Below, piece by piece: positions 28,190 through 36,472 of a stretch of DNA of 36,855 bases. A program made the translations under genes and the position numbers. Under the pieces are notes generated by a model that saw nothing but the letters and a program-made list of their open reading frames with translations, had not been told where the DNA came from and did no database searches. Every line of letters begins with the position of its first letter. The stretch's first letter is position 1. Origin of the DNA: Conexivisphaerales archaeon (GTDB lineage: Archaea; Thermoproteota; Nitrososphaeria; Conexivisphaerales; DTJL01); NCBI GenBank assembly GCA_049509455.1, contig JBEKZX010000012.1, forward strand, positions 1 to 36,855. Reading direction: 5' to 3'.

Positions 28190-29785
28190 CTACTCCGGTG
28201 GGATCTCCTTGAATATCTGGTTCACCAGTATCCCTCTCTTGAGGTTGTACGACCGAACCGCGTAGTAGATGACCGCTCCAGCGATGACCACCCCCGCAGT
28301 GATGACGAGTCCGCTGTCTACCGCGTATGACCATACGCTCTGGCCCGCCGTCTGGCCGAATCCGCTGCTGAAGCATCCGAAGAAGTATATCGGAACCATT
28401 AAGCAGATCAATAGGACGCTCATGGGCAGCAATGCCCTCTTCCACGGCACCGCTTCAAAGATTTGCTTCCTCCTCAAAGCGATGATTATGCCGCAGATGG
28501 CCGGGAAGATGAGAGCTGTGAACGAGAGCAGGTCGCTCCACCAGAAGTATACCACCGGGTTCAGCCCCTCGATGGTGAAGTAGAAGAATATGGCGGCCCC
28601 CACGCCCTCTACTACGAAGATCTTCCACGGAACCCCATGCCACATGTTCGTCAGTGACTTCGGTAACATCCTGTCCATCCCCCAGTAGAGCATCTGCCTG
28701 TTGATGTAAAGCATGCTCGCAGGGACGATGGCCCAGACCGCAGCCAACCCGAAGATTGCCATGAGGACCCAAAGCGGCCAGAGGCTAGGAATCGCGATCT
28801 GGGCCAGCAGGCCGTTTATGGGAGGCAGGCCCAATGGCGCGCTGTTCGTGTTCCAGTACAGATAGCTCCAGCTGGCCACAGCTTCGTACCCGAGGATCTT
28901 CGCGAGCCCCCAGACGTACAGGATTTGGTAGACGAAGTACACCCCGAGCATGCCGAAGATCGAAAGCGAGAGCGTCTTCTTTATGTCCCCGCGAAGCTCC
29001 CCCGCGATGGAACCCGGATACATGCCGCCCAACGCGGCGAAGATCACGTAACCCATGAGACCGGCGAGGGCGGCGTAGGTCAAAGTCCCCGTGAGGCTGA
29101 AACCGTTCGCCGCGGCGGTCTGTTCGATTTGGCTGACGGACATGCCCGTCATTGTCTGAAGGTTGGATGCGAAGTTGGATGCTCCCGCTGCCGCGCCTAT
29201 GAGCACCCCCGCAAAGCCCAAAATGCCAAGGACGCCTATGGCCACGAACAAAGCGTACATCCTCTTCGGCGGGATTAAGCAGAAGAGCATGCCGAGTATG
29301 ACGGTCAACATCCCGATTATCCAAGTCCATGGCGAAGAGGAAATCCATGCAGCGCTTCCCGTCACACCGGCAATGTTCAGCATGCCGACGATAAGCCTCA
29401 GGTTTCGTATCATGATGGCGCCCATGTAACCCCAGAGGGGGATCCAGCCCCATATTATCATCCAGGAGTTGATCCAGCCCCAGAATGGTCCCATGACCCT
29501 CGATGGGACGACGTAGTCGGCGCCGCTACGAGGCATAGGCGTCACGATCTGTACGTACACGATTCCCAGCACTACGTCAACCGCGATCATGATTACAAAG
29601 AACCAAAGCAGCGAAGGGAATCCGAGGATCAACGGTGCCGAAATCAGGCCCAGGTAGGCTACCGACCAGCCGAATTTCGTGCCCATCGTATCGATCCAGT
29701 TGAAGAACAGAGCCTTCACAGAATTGGCCTCTTTCACGAGCCCCGAAGACTTCCTCGCGAACATTTTGTCTTCTTGATCTGTCAT
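28190..29785 (-). CDS. APC-superfamily amino acid/amine permease
   Basis: FARKSSGLVKE N-terminus, MPRSGADYV, GELR and MDRMLPK motifs; about 12 TM segments. Confidence 0.9.
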   Translation of the reverse strand: MTDQEDKMFARKSSGLVKEANSVKALFFNWIDTMGTKFGWSVAYLGLISAPLILGFPSLLWFFVIMIAVDVVLGIVYVQIVTPMPRSGADYVVPSRVMGPFWGWINSWMIIWGWIPLWGYMGAIMIRNLRLIVGMLNIAGVTGSAAWISSSPWTWIIGMLTVILGMLFCLIPPKRMYALFVAIGVLGILGFAGVLIGAAAGASNFASNLQTMTGMSVSQIEQTAAANGFSLTGTLTYAALAGLMGYVIFAALGGMYPGSIAGELRGDIKKTLSLSIFGMLGVYFVYQILYVWGLAKILGYEAVASWSYLYWNTNSAPLGLPPINGLLAQIAIPSLWPLWVLMAIFGLAAVWAIVPASMLYINRQMLYWGMDRMLPKSLTNMWHGVPWKIFVVEGVGAAIFFYFTIEGLNPVVYFWWSDLLSFTALIFPAICGIIIALRRKQIFEAVPWKRALLPMSVLLICLMVPIYFFGCFSSGFGQTAGQSVWSYAVDSGLVITAGVVIAGAVIYYAVRSYNLKRGILVNQIFKEIPPE

Positions 29786-29822
29786 AGAGCGCCTTTCCTC
29801 TCCGTTATTGATGTCAGGGTAA

Positions 29823-29831
29823 TTATATAAA
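29823..29831 (-). promoter_or_regulatory. Putative TATA box upstream of the APC permease
   Basis: Minus strand TTTATATAA, ~38 nt upstream of the ATG at 29785. Confidence 0.45.
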
Positions 29832-29929
29832 CTTACATATAGCGGGGTCTATCTATTCGTCCGTACGACCTCCAAGGTAGACAGTCGCGTGGGCCCGGAC
29901 GGTGCACGTGCTCGGCCGAACGGGCAGCC

Positions 29930-32005
29930 TTATGCTTCCCTGGTGACCCTGCATTGGATGGCCCTGAAATTAGGAGAGCCCGTCACAGGATCGACTTCGT
30001 CGAGGTCTGTCAAGGCGTTGCAGTTGGCCTCTTCCCAACCGTGGGGTATGCTGACACAACGTGGGTGAATGTCGTCGGTAAGTCTGGCCTTCATCCTGAT
30101 GCTGCCCTTCCTCGTCCTGATCAAGACGAACTCCCCGTCCGCTATTCCCCGTTCCCTGGCCGTCCTGTAATGGATCTCGGCCAGTGGCTCTGGCATGGTC
30201 GCCCTGAGGCTGGAAAGCTGGCGCCATGACGAATGACTGTATGCGAGTGACTTCGCTCCGGTGGTCAGCAGGAGGGGGAAGTCGGAGGCGTCCTGGCCAG
30301 AGGTCTCAGCTAGGTTGCTGATGACCGGAAGCGCATCGTACCCGTATTTGTGGAGCACCTCTGAATACAACTCCACCTTTCCAGATGGCGTCGAGAATCC
30401 GTTCTCCTCGTAGCTTCTGTATCTGAGAGCCGGTCCGCAAAGGATGCCAGAAGGATGCCTTTCAAGCTCGGCTACAGTAAGTCCTGTCGGCTGTAGCTGC
30501 ATGTCCACAGCTTCTTCGATGCTATCCCAAGGGAACTCGTCATGGTAGCCCATCTTCTTCGCCAGCTCAAACCAGAACTTCCAATCCGGCCAGCATTCCT
30601 CGGCAGGCTCCACGGCCTTGATACCCCACATGGCATAGGAGCCTGCGCCTCCGTCTCCCAGCACGTCACCACCATATGTGTAAAGTCTCGGGGTCTCCAA
30701 AAACGTCGCGGCCGGAAGTACGATGTCGGCCAGCCTAGCCGTCTCCGACATGAATACGTCGATCACCACCAGGAAGTCCAGTTTCTTGAACGCCTCCACC
30801 GTCTTCTCGGTTTCACACCACGTCAGAGCCGGGTTGCAGTAGTCGACAATTGCGGCCCTTATGGTACGGCGCTTGCCTTCCAGAATCGCTCGGATGAGGG
30901 TTCCAGAAGGGACGGAACCGAGCATCAAAGTGTGTAATGGATATCTCTCAGCCCCGAGTGGCTTGCTTCCAGAAGGTAACCTTTCAGATAGCGAGATGTC
31001 GGCGAGCCGCAGCCCATGGTCGAAGACGTTGCCACCTGGAACGTCCAGGTTCCCCGTGATAGCCCGCAGGATGGCGGTCGCACGGAGAGTCTGAAATGAG
31101 TCACGGGTGACATCTAGGGCATTCCCCAATTCCATATACGCTGGCTTCAGGGTCGCATACGCCCTGGCGGCCTCCTCTATGATTCCCGCGGGTACGGTGG
31201 TAATCTCTTCGACCTCCTTCGGCTGATAGGCTTTCACGTGTTCCTTCAGCTTGTCAAAGCCTGACGTCCATCTCTTGACGAACTCTTCGTCGTAGAGCTT
31301 CTCTCCGATGATCACGTTGAGCATTCCCAGCGCGAGAGCCCCATCGGTCCCTGGCAGCAGCTGGAGATGGAGGTCGGCTTTCGCTCCCGCGGTCGTCGTC
31401 CTTGGGTCGATGACGATGAGCTTCGCTCCTTTCCTCTTAGCTTCGGAGAAGTCCTCCCAGCTTACAGGATTTGACGCCGGCGGGTTGAACCCCCACAGCA
31501 CTATGCATCTGCTCTTCCTGATATCTCGGGAGCGAAAAGCTTGAGCGCCGAACGTCAAAAGGTCGGCCATTACCTTGGGACCGACACATAGCTCACTCAT
31601 GGCGCCTAGGTTCGGGGTTCCAAACACGTTCATGAACCTCTGGATGAACGGATCAACGGTGCGCATTTCAATTACGCCAGGAATGCACGCCAGCGATTCG
31701 GCGCCGTGCCTTTCCTTCAGACTTTTCAGTTCTGCGGCTATGACGTTCAACGCTTCCTCCCATGAAATGCGCCTCCAAGTTTCGCCTTCTCTTTTCATCG
31801 GATGCTTCAGCCTGTCAGGGTGATACAGCATCTCTTTCGCAGCCAGCGCCTTCGCGCACACCCTTCCCTCGTTCAGGGGAGAATCTTCCATGCCCTTGAT
31901 GTCGACGACCCTGCCGTCCGTAACATGGACTTCGAGTCCACAACGGCGCGAGGATGAGCACTGACACATCCCACAATACGTCTTCGCTACTGAATCCATG
32001 GTCAC
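29930..32005 (-). CDS. Mo/W-bis-PGD oxidoreductase of the DMSO reductase family, acetylene-hydratase-like clade
   Basis: N-terminal Cys cluster, LYHPDRLKHPMKR, RFMNVFGTPN...LCVG, IDPR, PGTDGALALG, TPSGKVELYS and C-terminal molydop-binding domain. No Tat signal and no in-frame TGA. Confidence 0.88.
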   Translation of the reverse strand: MTMDSVAKTYCGMCQCSSSRRCGLEVHVTDGRVVDIKGMEDSPLNEGRVCAKALAAKEMLYHPDRLKHPMKREGETWRRISWEEALNVIAAELKSLKERHGAESLACIPGVIEMRTVDPFIQRFMNVFGTPNLGAMSELCVGPKVMADLLTFGAQAFRSRDIRKSRCIVLWGFNPPASNPVSWEDFSEAKRKGAKLIVIDPRTTTAGAKADLHLQLLPGTDGALALGMLNVIIGEKLYDEEFVKRWTSGFDKLKEHVKAYQPKEVEEITTVPAGIIEEAARAYATLKPAYMELGNALDVTRDSFQTLRATAILRAITGNLDVPGGNVFDHGLRLADISLSERLPSGSKPLGAERYPLHTLMLGSVPSGTLIRAILEGKRRTIRAAIVDYCNPALTWCETEKTVEAFKKLDFLVVIDVFMSETARLADIVLPAATFLETPRLYTYGGDVLGDGGAGSYAMWGIKAVEPAEECWPDWKFWFELAKKMGYHDEFPWDSIEEAVDMQLQPTGLTVAELERHPSGILCGPALRYRSYEENGFSTPSGKVELYSEVLHKYGYDALPVISNLAETSGQDASDFPLLLTTGAKSLAYSHSSWRQLSSLRATMPEPLAEIHYRTARERGIADGEFVLIRTRKGSIRMKARLTDDIHPRCVSIPHGWEEANCNALTDLDEVDPVTGSPNFRAIQCRVTREA

Positions 32006-32136
32006 AGCCTCAAGGGAAGGCCTGTCTTTCTACGTAAATCGAATATTTTACCATATCGGATGCAGTTGCTAAGCTCCGGAAGCCATGCTCCGTATAGGAT
32101 GGGAATGTAATCAAAAGGGTTGACAGAGTCGGCAAT

Positions 32137-32276
32137 ATGACTTCGGTCGTCAAGACCTTCTGCGGCATGTGTCAGTGTTCGTCATCCCGTCGTTGTGGTC
32201 TTGACATGTACGTCTCGAATGGCAAGGTCGTTTCAATCAAAGGCATTCGGGAATCTCCGCTGAACGAGGGGCGGGT
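32137..32276 (+). pseudogene. N-terminal fragment of a paralog of the Mo/W oxidoreductase
   Basis: MTSVVKTFCGMCQCSSSRRCGLDMYVSNGKVVSIKGIRESPLNEGRV aligns with residues 1-49 of 29930..32005, then homology stops abruptly. Confidence 0.85.
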
Positions 32277-32514
32277 CCTCCTGGTACGCGTAGCCCATCC
32301 TCCCAAAGAACTTCGGAATCCTCTTTGCGAAACGAGAGTAGCTCAAGAAGTCGATGTCGGAAAAGACCTCTCTCCGGAGAGAGCTCCAGAGAGCGGCATA
32401 GTCTCTGCTACGGAGGTAGATCGGGATGCCGCCGAGTAGCCGGAGAGTCAGATCCTCCTTGGCTGCCTCCCGGACGCATCTTAGAGCCTCATTGACGAAG
32501 ACATCAATGGACAA
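32277..32514 (-). pseudogene. N-terminal fragment of a paralog of the nucleotidyltransferase-fold gene
   Basis: DVFVNEALRCVREAAKEDLTLRLLGGIPIY...WSSLRREVFSDIDF...FFGRMGYAY aligns with the 26311..27180 product and is truncated at the junction with the Mo-enzyme fragment. Confidence 0.85.
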
Positions 32515-33062
32515 GGATTCGTTCAGAGACGCATAACAGGTTGTCTCCCGGGCTGGCCGTATTTATCTTCTAAAGACGTGTCCGAAGCACTCGCGCGGGC
32601 CTGGGAGGATTCCTCGTCAAGGCTCTCCCCGGCGTCCTATCAAGGACTTGACGAAGACCCCCTTTCCCGCAAGGGCCTCGGGAACTACGTCTACGGGCTC
32701 CCAGATGATCCTGCAGTCGGGACCCATGACCAGCCTTATCTCGTCGTCTACGTGCCGCTGCCAGGCGATGTCGGTCTCATCGGAGTCGAGGAGGACACGT
32801 GAGGGAAGAGAGTAGCGTACAAGGACGTGCACACGCTCCACGAAGCCTAGCAGAAGAGGGCCGACAAGCTGTCTAGGGACGAGGCCGCCAAGAAACTGGG
32901 GAACAAAGAGAGCCCCAGATGACCCCCATAATGCAGTTGTCTTGTGATTACGAATCCGCTGTTTGGACCCAATCAGGCCTTAATCCTTCCGGATACGAAT
33001 AGTCTAATTGGCAGCCCGGGAATGCTTCTGGAAGGCTGACGAAGCAATGGCTTGTTTAACGG

Positions 33063-33380
33063 CTACCGTTTGGGCACAGTTTTGCTTTGCGACGGGTTTT
33101 GCAGCCAGTCGTTAAGCTCCTCTTTGATTCCTGCGAGACCTTTCGCCATTTGCTCTGTTGTTGTGATGATTTCTTCAGGCGAGCCAGAAACGAAGCCACC
33201 CTTGAAAAAGACGTCAAAGCATTTTCGACCGTCCCTTTCGTCCAACAGCACAACGAACCCCGGTTCTCCTGCTGAACCATCGCACAGGTTCGCACTGAAT
33301 GCCCTTACTTCGCCTTTCGCTCCCAACCATTCAAGTCCTCTGTCAGCGCTTTCCTTCTGCTCCAGAACTTCACGTAACAT
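33063..33380 (-). CDS. Hypothetical protein
   Basis: Open frame with a plausible ATG at 33380 (MLREVLEQ...); no recognised motif. Confidence 0.4.
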   Translation of the reverse strand: MLREVLEQKESADRGLEWLGAKGEVRAFSANLCDGSAGEPGFVVLLDERDGRKCFDVFFKGGFVSGSPEEIITTTEQMAKGLAGIKEELNDWLQNPSQSKTVPKR

Positions 33381-33386
33381 GGTTAT

Positions 33387-33605
33387 GTGAACGATGGAGG
33401 GGCATTTATGGGTTTGGTTCCCCTTCAATTGGCGGGCTTGGCGGCGACGGCCCTCTACCTAGCCAGTACCATGACTCCAGAGGAGGGGAGTCAGGTCACG
33501 CAGAGGGAAATCGCCGAGGCTGCCGCTGTCACGGAAGTCACCATAAGGAACAGATACAAGGGGCTGAAGATGGCGCTAAAGATCCAGGAGCCGACGGATG
33601 CGTAG
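33387..33605 (+). pseudogene. tfb: Transcription factor B (TFB) C-terminal fragment
   Basis: [11 protein letters not shown]...[23 protein letters not shown] matches the end of the second cyclin repeat of TFB/TFIIB. The Zn ribbon and first cyclin repeat are absent. Confidence 0.8.
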
Positions 33606-33701
33606 GCGTGGTTAGTCCACCCCCCAGCTTCCTGAATAGCTTGATGCGGCGAGAGGGTAGAGCGGATGCGTATCGACTATTCTAGGGCGGCTTTATGGCG
33701 G

Positions 33702-33883
33702 ATGGAACGGGTATGAGAATACTACAAGTTTCTATTAGGCTATTTGATATACCGGGAATAAATTACCGCTGGTTTTTCCAAATTTCATATCGGGGTTTAA
33801 GACTTGAACCCGTAATAGGTCTAAAATCCCGCCCGGCCCCAGGTCGCTGCTCTTTTGATAGCATAGGAGAACATAGCATCCTA
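33702..33883 (+). repeat. Dispersed repeat, copy 4 (box A + core + box B + linker + start of block L)
   Basis: A at 33702; GACTTGAACCCGT at 33801-33813; shares the exact 21-mer TTTAAGACTTGAACCCGTAAT with copy 1; followed by CTCTTTTG and GAACATAGCATCCTA. Confidence 0.85.
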
Positions 33884-33894
33884 AGACCGCGTTT

Positions 33895-35559
33895 TCACGT
33901 TTGACTGTTCGATCTGGCGTACCATTTGGCCATGTATTCCCTCACCATCCTGTACGTGTTGAACCTCGGGCCTATGGTAGCTATGCTTGCTTTGGCCATC
34001 TCAAGCCATCGGCTGTGCCCCTTATAGTACATGGGTAGGACCTGGTCCGCCAGCTTGGTGTAAAGGGCCTCCATATCCTCCGAATCATCAGACTCGGTCA
34101 AGGCGTCCCAAGCCGGTCGCCTCCCGATTCCCCATCCATTGACCCCTTCCACGCCGCCTTCAAGCCACCATCCGTCCCACACGCTCAGGTTGAGGACGCC
34201 ATTCAAGGCGGCCTTCATCCCGCTGGTCCCGCTGGCCTCCAAGGGCCGACGAGGATTGTTGAGCCAGACATCACATCCTGACACCATGACCTTCGCTATC
34301 TCGATGCTGTAATCCTCTATGAACGCCACCTTGACCTTGTCCGTCTTCATCATCACTTGATTGGCCTGCTCATACATTCGGACCAAGGATTCCTTCCCCG
34401 CGTCATCCTTTGGATGAGCCTTCCCAGCGAATACCAATTGAATCCTGCCATGCTCGTCGGCTATCTTGGCGAGTCTACGAGGATCTCCCAGCACCATGCC
34501 GTTCCGCTTGTAGGCGGTTATCCTCTTCGCCAGGCCGATGGTGAGGGGCTCTTCGGAGAAGTCCGCCGTAGACTGGGCGTCAACGAGCGAAACTAGCTTC
34601 GCCTTAGCCGAACGGTGCGCCATGGCCAATTCATCGGGAGGTATCTCATAAGCGTGCACCAGCAGATGCGGCTCCGCCTCCCACGACGGAATGTACTTGT
34701 CGAAGACGCCTTTGATTTCCTCCTGGACCCACCTCCTGTGATAGACACCGTTGGTGACGTGCTCTATGTCGTCGCTGTGCAGGATCCTTCCGGACGTAAA
34801 CCTATGCCTCAAAGACACGGCGTTGGTAAGGCAACTGTACTTTGCAGCGAGATGTGAAAGGCTGATGGCGTCGCCGCCGGCTTCGGAACCCCAATCCATC
34901 CAATAATACTTCTTCAACACATCCCTCACCATCTGCAACGGAAAGGAGTCGTGCCCGCCAGCCACGGGAGTATGCGTGGTGAAGACGCAGTGTCTCCTGA
35001 CTTCTGCGAGCGATCTGTACTCCTTCAGGAGCTCCACGGTGAGCAGAGCTGCGTGGCTTTCGTTCATCTGATATAGGTCCGCGCTGATATCCAAGGCTTT
35101 GAGGGCACGATATCCACCTACGCCCAGAATCAGCTCCTGTATCAGTCTCTCCCTCCCTTCGCTGAGATACAACCTGTCAGTGGCGCTCCTGAAGGATGGT
35201 GGATTCTCTAGGACGTCGGTATCCAGGAATATGACAGGAACGTCCACACGCCCCTTGACGGTGTACTGCCAGAGCTTCAGGCTCATGACGCTGTCCTCCA
35301 CTTCAAGCCTTACGACAGGGCGGAGGGGGGTCAGCCTTTCCTTGTACAGCCAGCGACACTCTAAATCCTGCTGCTGGCCACTGGGGGAGAGCTTCTGCTT
35401 TGTGTAGCCAGCTTTGTACAGCAGAGTCAGGAAGACGGCTGGTATGCCCATATCCGCGAAGGCATAGGCAGTGTCACCCGCCAGTATCCCCAGGCCCCCG
35501 CTGTATGTGGGGATATCGCTCTCGAGCCCTATTTCCATTACAAAGTAGGCTAAGGTCAT
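33895..35559 (-). CDS. glgP: Alpha-glucan (glycogen/maltodextrin) phosphorylase, short archaeal type
   Basis: YFVMEIG...YSGGLGILAGD, NESHA, FTTHTP, TNGV, FAGKAHP and the PLP-lysine motif EASGTSGMKA. Start placed at ATG 35559. Confidence 0.93.
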   Translation of the reverse strand: MTLAYFVMEIGLESDIPTYSGGLGILAGDTAYAFADMGIPAVFLTLLYKAGYTKQKLSPSGQQQDLECRWLYKERLTPLRPVVRLEVEDSVMSLKLWQYTVKGRVDVPVIFLDTDVLENPPSFRSATDRLYLSEGRERLIQELILGVGGYRALKALDISADLYQMNESHAALLTVELLKEYRSLAEVRRHCVFTTHTPVAGGHDSFPLQMVRDVLKKYYWMDWGSEAGGDAISLSHLAAKYSCLTNAVSLRHRFTSGRILHSDDIEHVTNGVYHRRWVQEEIKGVFDKYIPSWEAEPHLLVHAYEIPPDELAMAHRSAKAKLVSLVDAQSTADFSEEPLTIGLAKRITAYKRNGMVLGDPRRLAKIADEHGRIQLVFAGKAHPKDDAGKESLVRMYEQANQVMMKTDKVKVAFIEDYSIEIAKVMVSGCDVWLNNPRRPLEASGTSGMKAALNGVLNLSVWDGWWLEGGVEGVNGWGIGRRPAWDALTESDDSEDMEALYTKLADQVLPMYYKGHSRWLEMAKASIATIGPRFNTYRMVREYMAKWYARSNSQT

Positions 35560-35632
35560 AGAACAGTCCTCAGTGAACTTGCTTGGCAACCCCATTCATA
35601 GCTATATTCGTTGTGGTTCGATGACCTGCCTA

Positions 35633-35900
35633 TGTTGTCCTGAAATTAGTACACACCCTTGTCAAGCGAATACGCTCAAGATGGGTATGGAGCAGAGGGA
35701 AGAGGCACTTCGTCTACATGAAGCTGGACCCGGTGAAGGTGGAGTGGATCGTCAGGGAGAAGGGGAAGGGGGAGCTGGCCGCCGGGGAGATAGCTGCGAG
35801 GATGGGGGTCTCCAGATCCTGGGTCCAGAAGCTGTGGAAGAGATACGGGGAACGTCGCGAAGTCCCCGCGCTGAGGAGGCCGGGGAGGATTGGGGGCTGA
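35633..35900 (+). mobile_element. IS481-like remnant (possible left end plus truncated transposase HTH)
   Basis: MKLDPVKVEWIVREKGKG...IAARMGVSRSWVQKLWKRY...LRRPGR resembles archaeal IS481-type N-termini and stops after 60 aa. TGTTGTCC at 35633 fits the 5'-TGT end, but no matching right end was found. Confidence 0.6.
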
Positions 35901-35977
35901 ATGGGTCTTCGGAACGGACTTCCGGGTAATCGACCGAAGGAAATCCTTTTTGGCCTGAGGAGTGTCCTCGTAGAGTC

Positions 35978-36355
35978 ATGTGCTCAACGCAACCAGCGAT
36001 TAGGTTAGGGCGAGCCTCAGACGACGATGGGAGATTCCACCGTGTTGTGGGATTTTCGGACTACGTGCTGGAGGTCCCCAGCGGACCCGTAGCTCGTTGC
36101 TTCTTAAGGGAGGAGGACGGCAGATTTGTCATCACTGACCTAGAGGTCAGAGAGGATGTGCGACAGCAGGGGTACGGGCGCGTTATGGTCGGCGACGTTA
36201 TGGTCGGCGAGCTCGAGGAGATAGCTCGCCAGAAGAACTGCAGTGAGGTCTATGCAAGAGATGTCGGGCTGGACTCAGAAGTCTTCTGGCGCAAAGTCGG
36301 CTTTTCTTTCAGTCATGTCCCAGGAGACGTCGACGTATGGCGTAAGAAGCTGTAA
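35978..36355 (+). CDS. Small GNAT-like acetyltransferase
   Basis: LEVREDVRQQGYGR (motif A) and FWRKVGF (motif B); contains a 15-bp tandem duplication. Confidence 0.6.
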   Translation: MCSTQPAIRLGRASDDDGRFHRVVGFSDYVLEVPSGPVARCFLREEDGRFVITDLEVREDVRQQGYGRVMVGDVMVGELEEIARQKNCSEVYARDVGLDSEVFWRKVGFSFSHVPGDVDVWRKKL

Positions 36356-36472
36356 AGTCCAGACTTGGCAGCCGTCGCTGGATTCACTCAAGAGCGTCAC
36401 AGGACTCTTTCACACTGCTTCCTGATGCGCCAAAAGAACTTAAGTTGATGGAGCTCGTTTGTACTGGCACAC

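Noticed and set aside
29930-32005. Calling the Mo/W enzyme an acetylene hydratase
   Set aside because: The position equivalent to catalytic Asp13 is Gln and the Fe-S motif differs; only clade-level similarity is supportable.
32578-32935. Interrupted plus-strand frame vaguely like a TnpB fragment (LIGVEED...KKLGNKE)
   Set aside because: It has two internal stops, no intact RuvC motif or Zn finger, and no IS200/IS605 end hairpin was seen. It is at best an unidentifiable decayed gene.
6330-33834. CRISPR array or canonical integron attC interpretation of the repeat family
   Set aside because: Copies are kilobases apart rather than tandem, and the cores are distantly related rather than unique spacers. 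There are no RYYYAAC/GTTRRRY cores, conservation continues ~20 nt past the GT(T), neighbouring genes are not co-oriented, and no cas or intI gene is present.
33695-33904. 69-aa ORF running through repeat copy 4 (repeat as a small coding gene)
   Set aside because: The equivalent frames in copies 1-3 are broken by stops and by 1-nt length differences.
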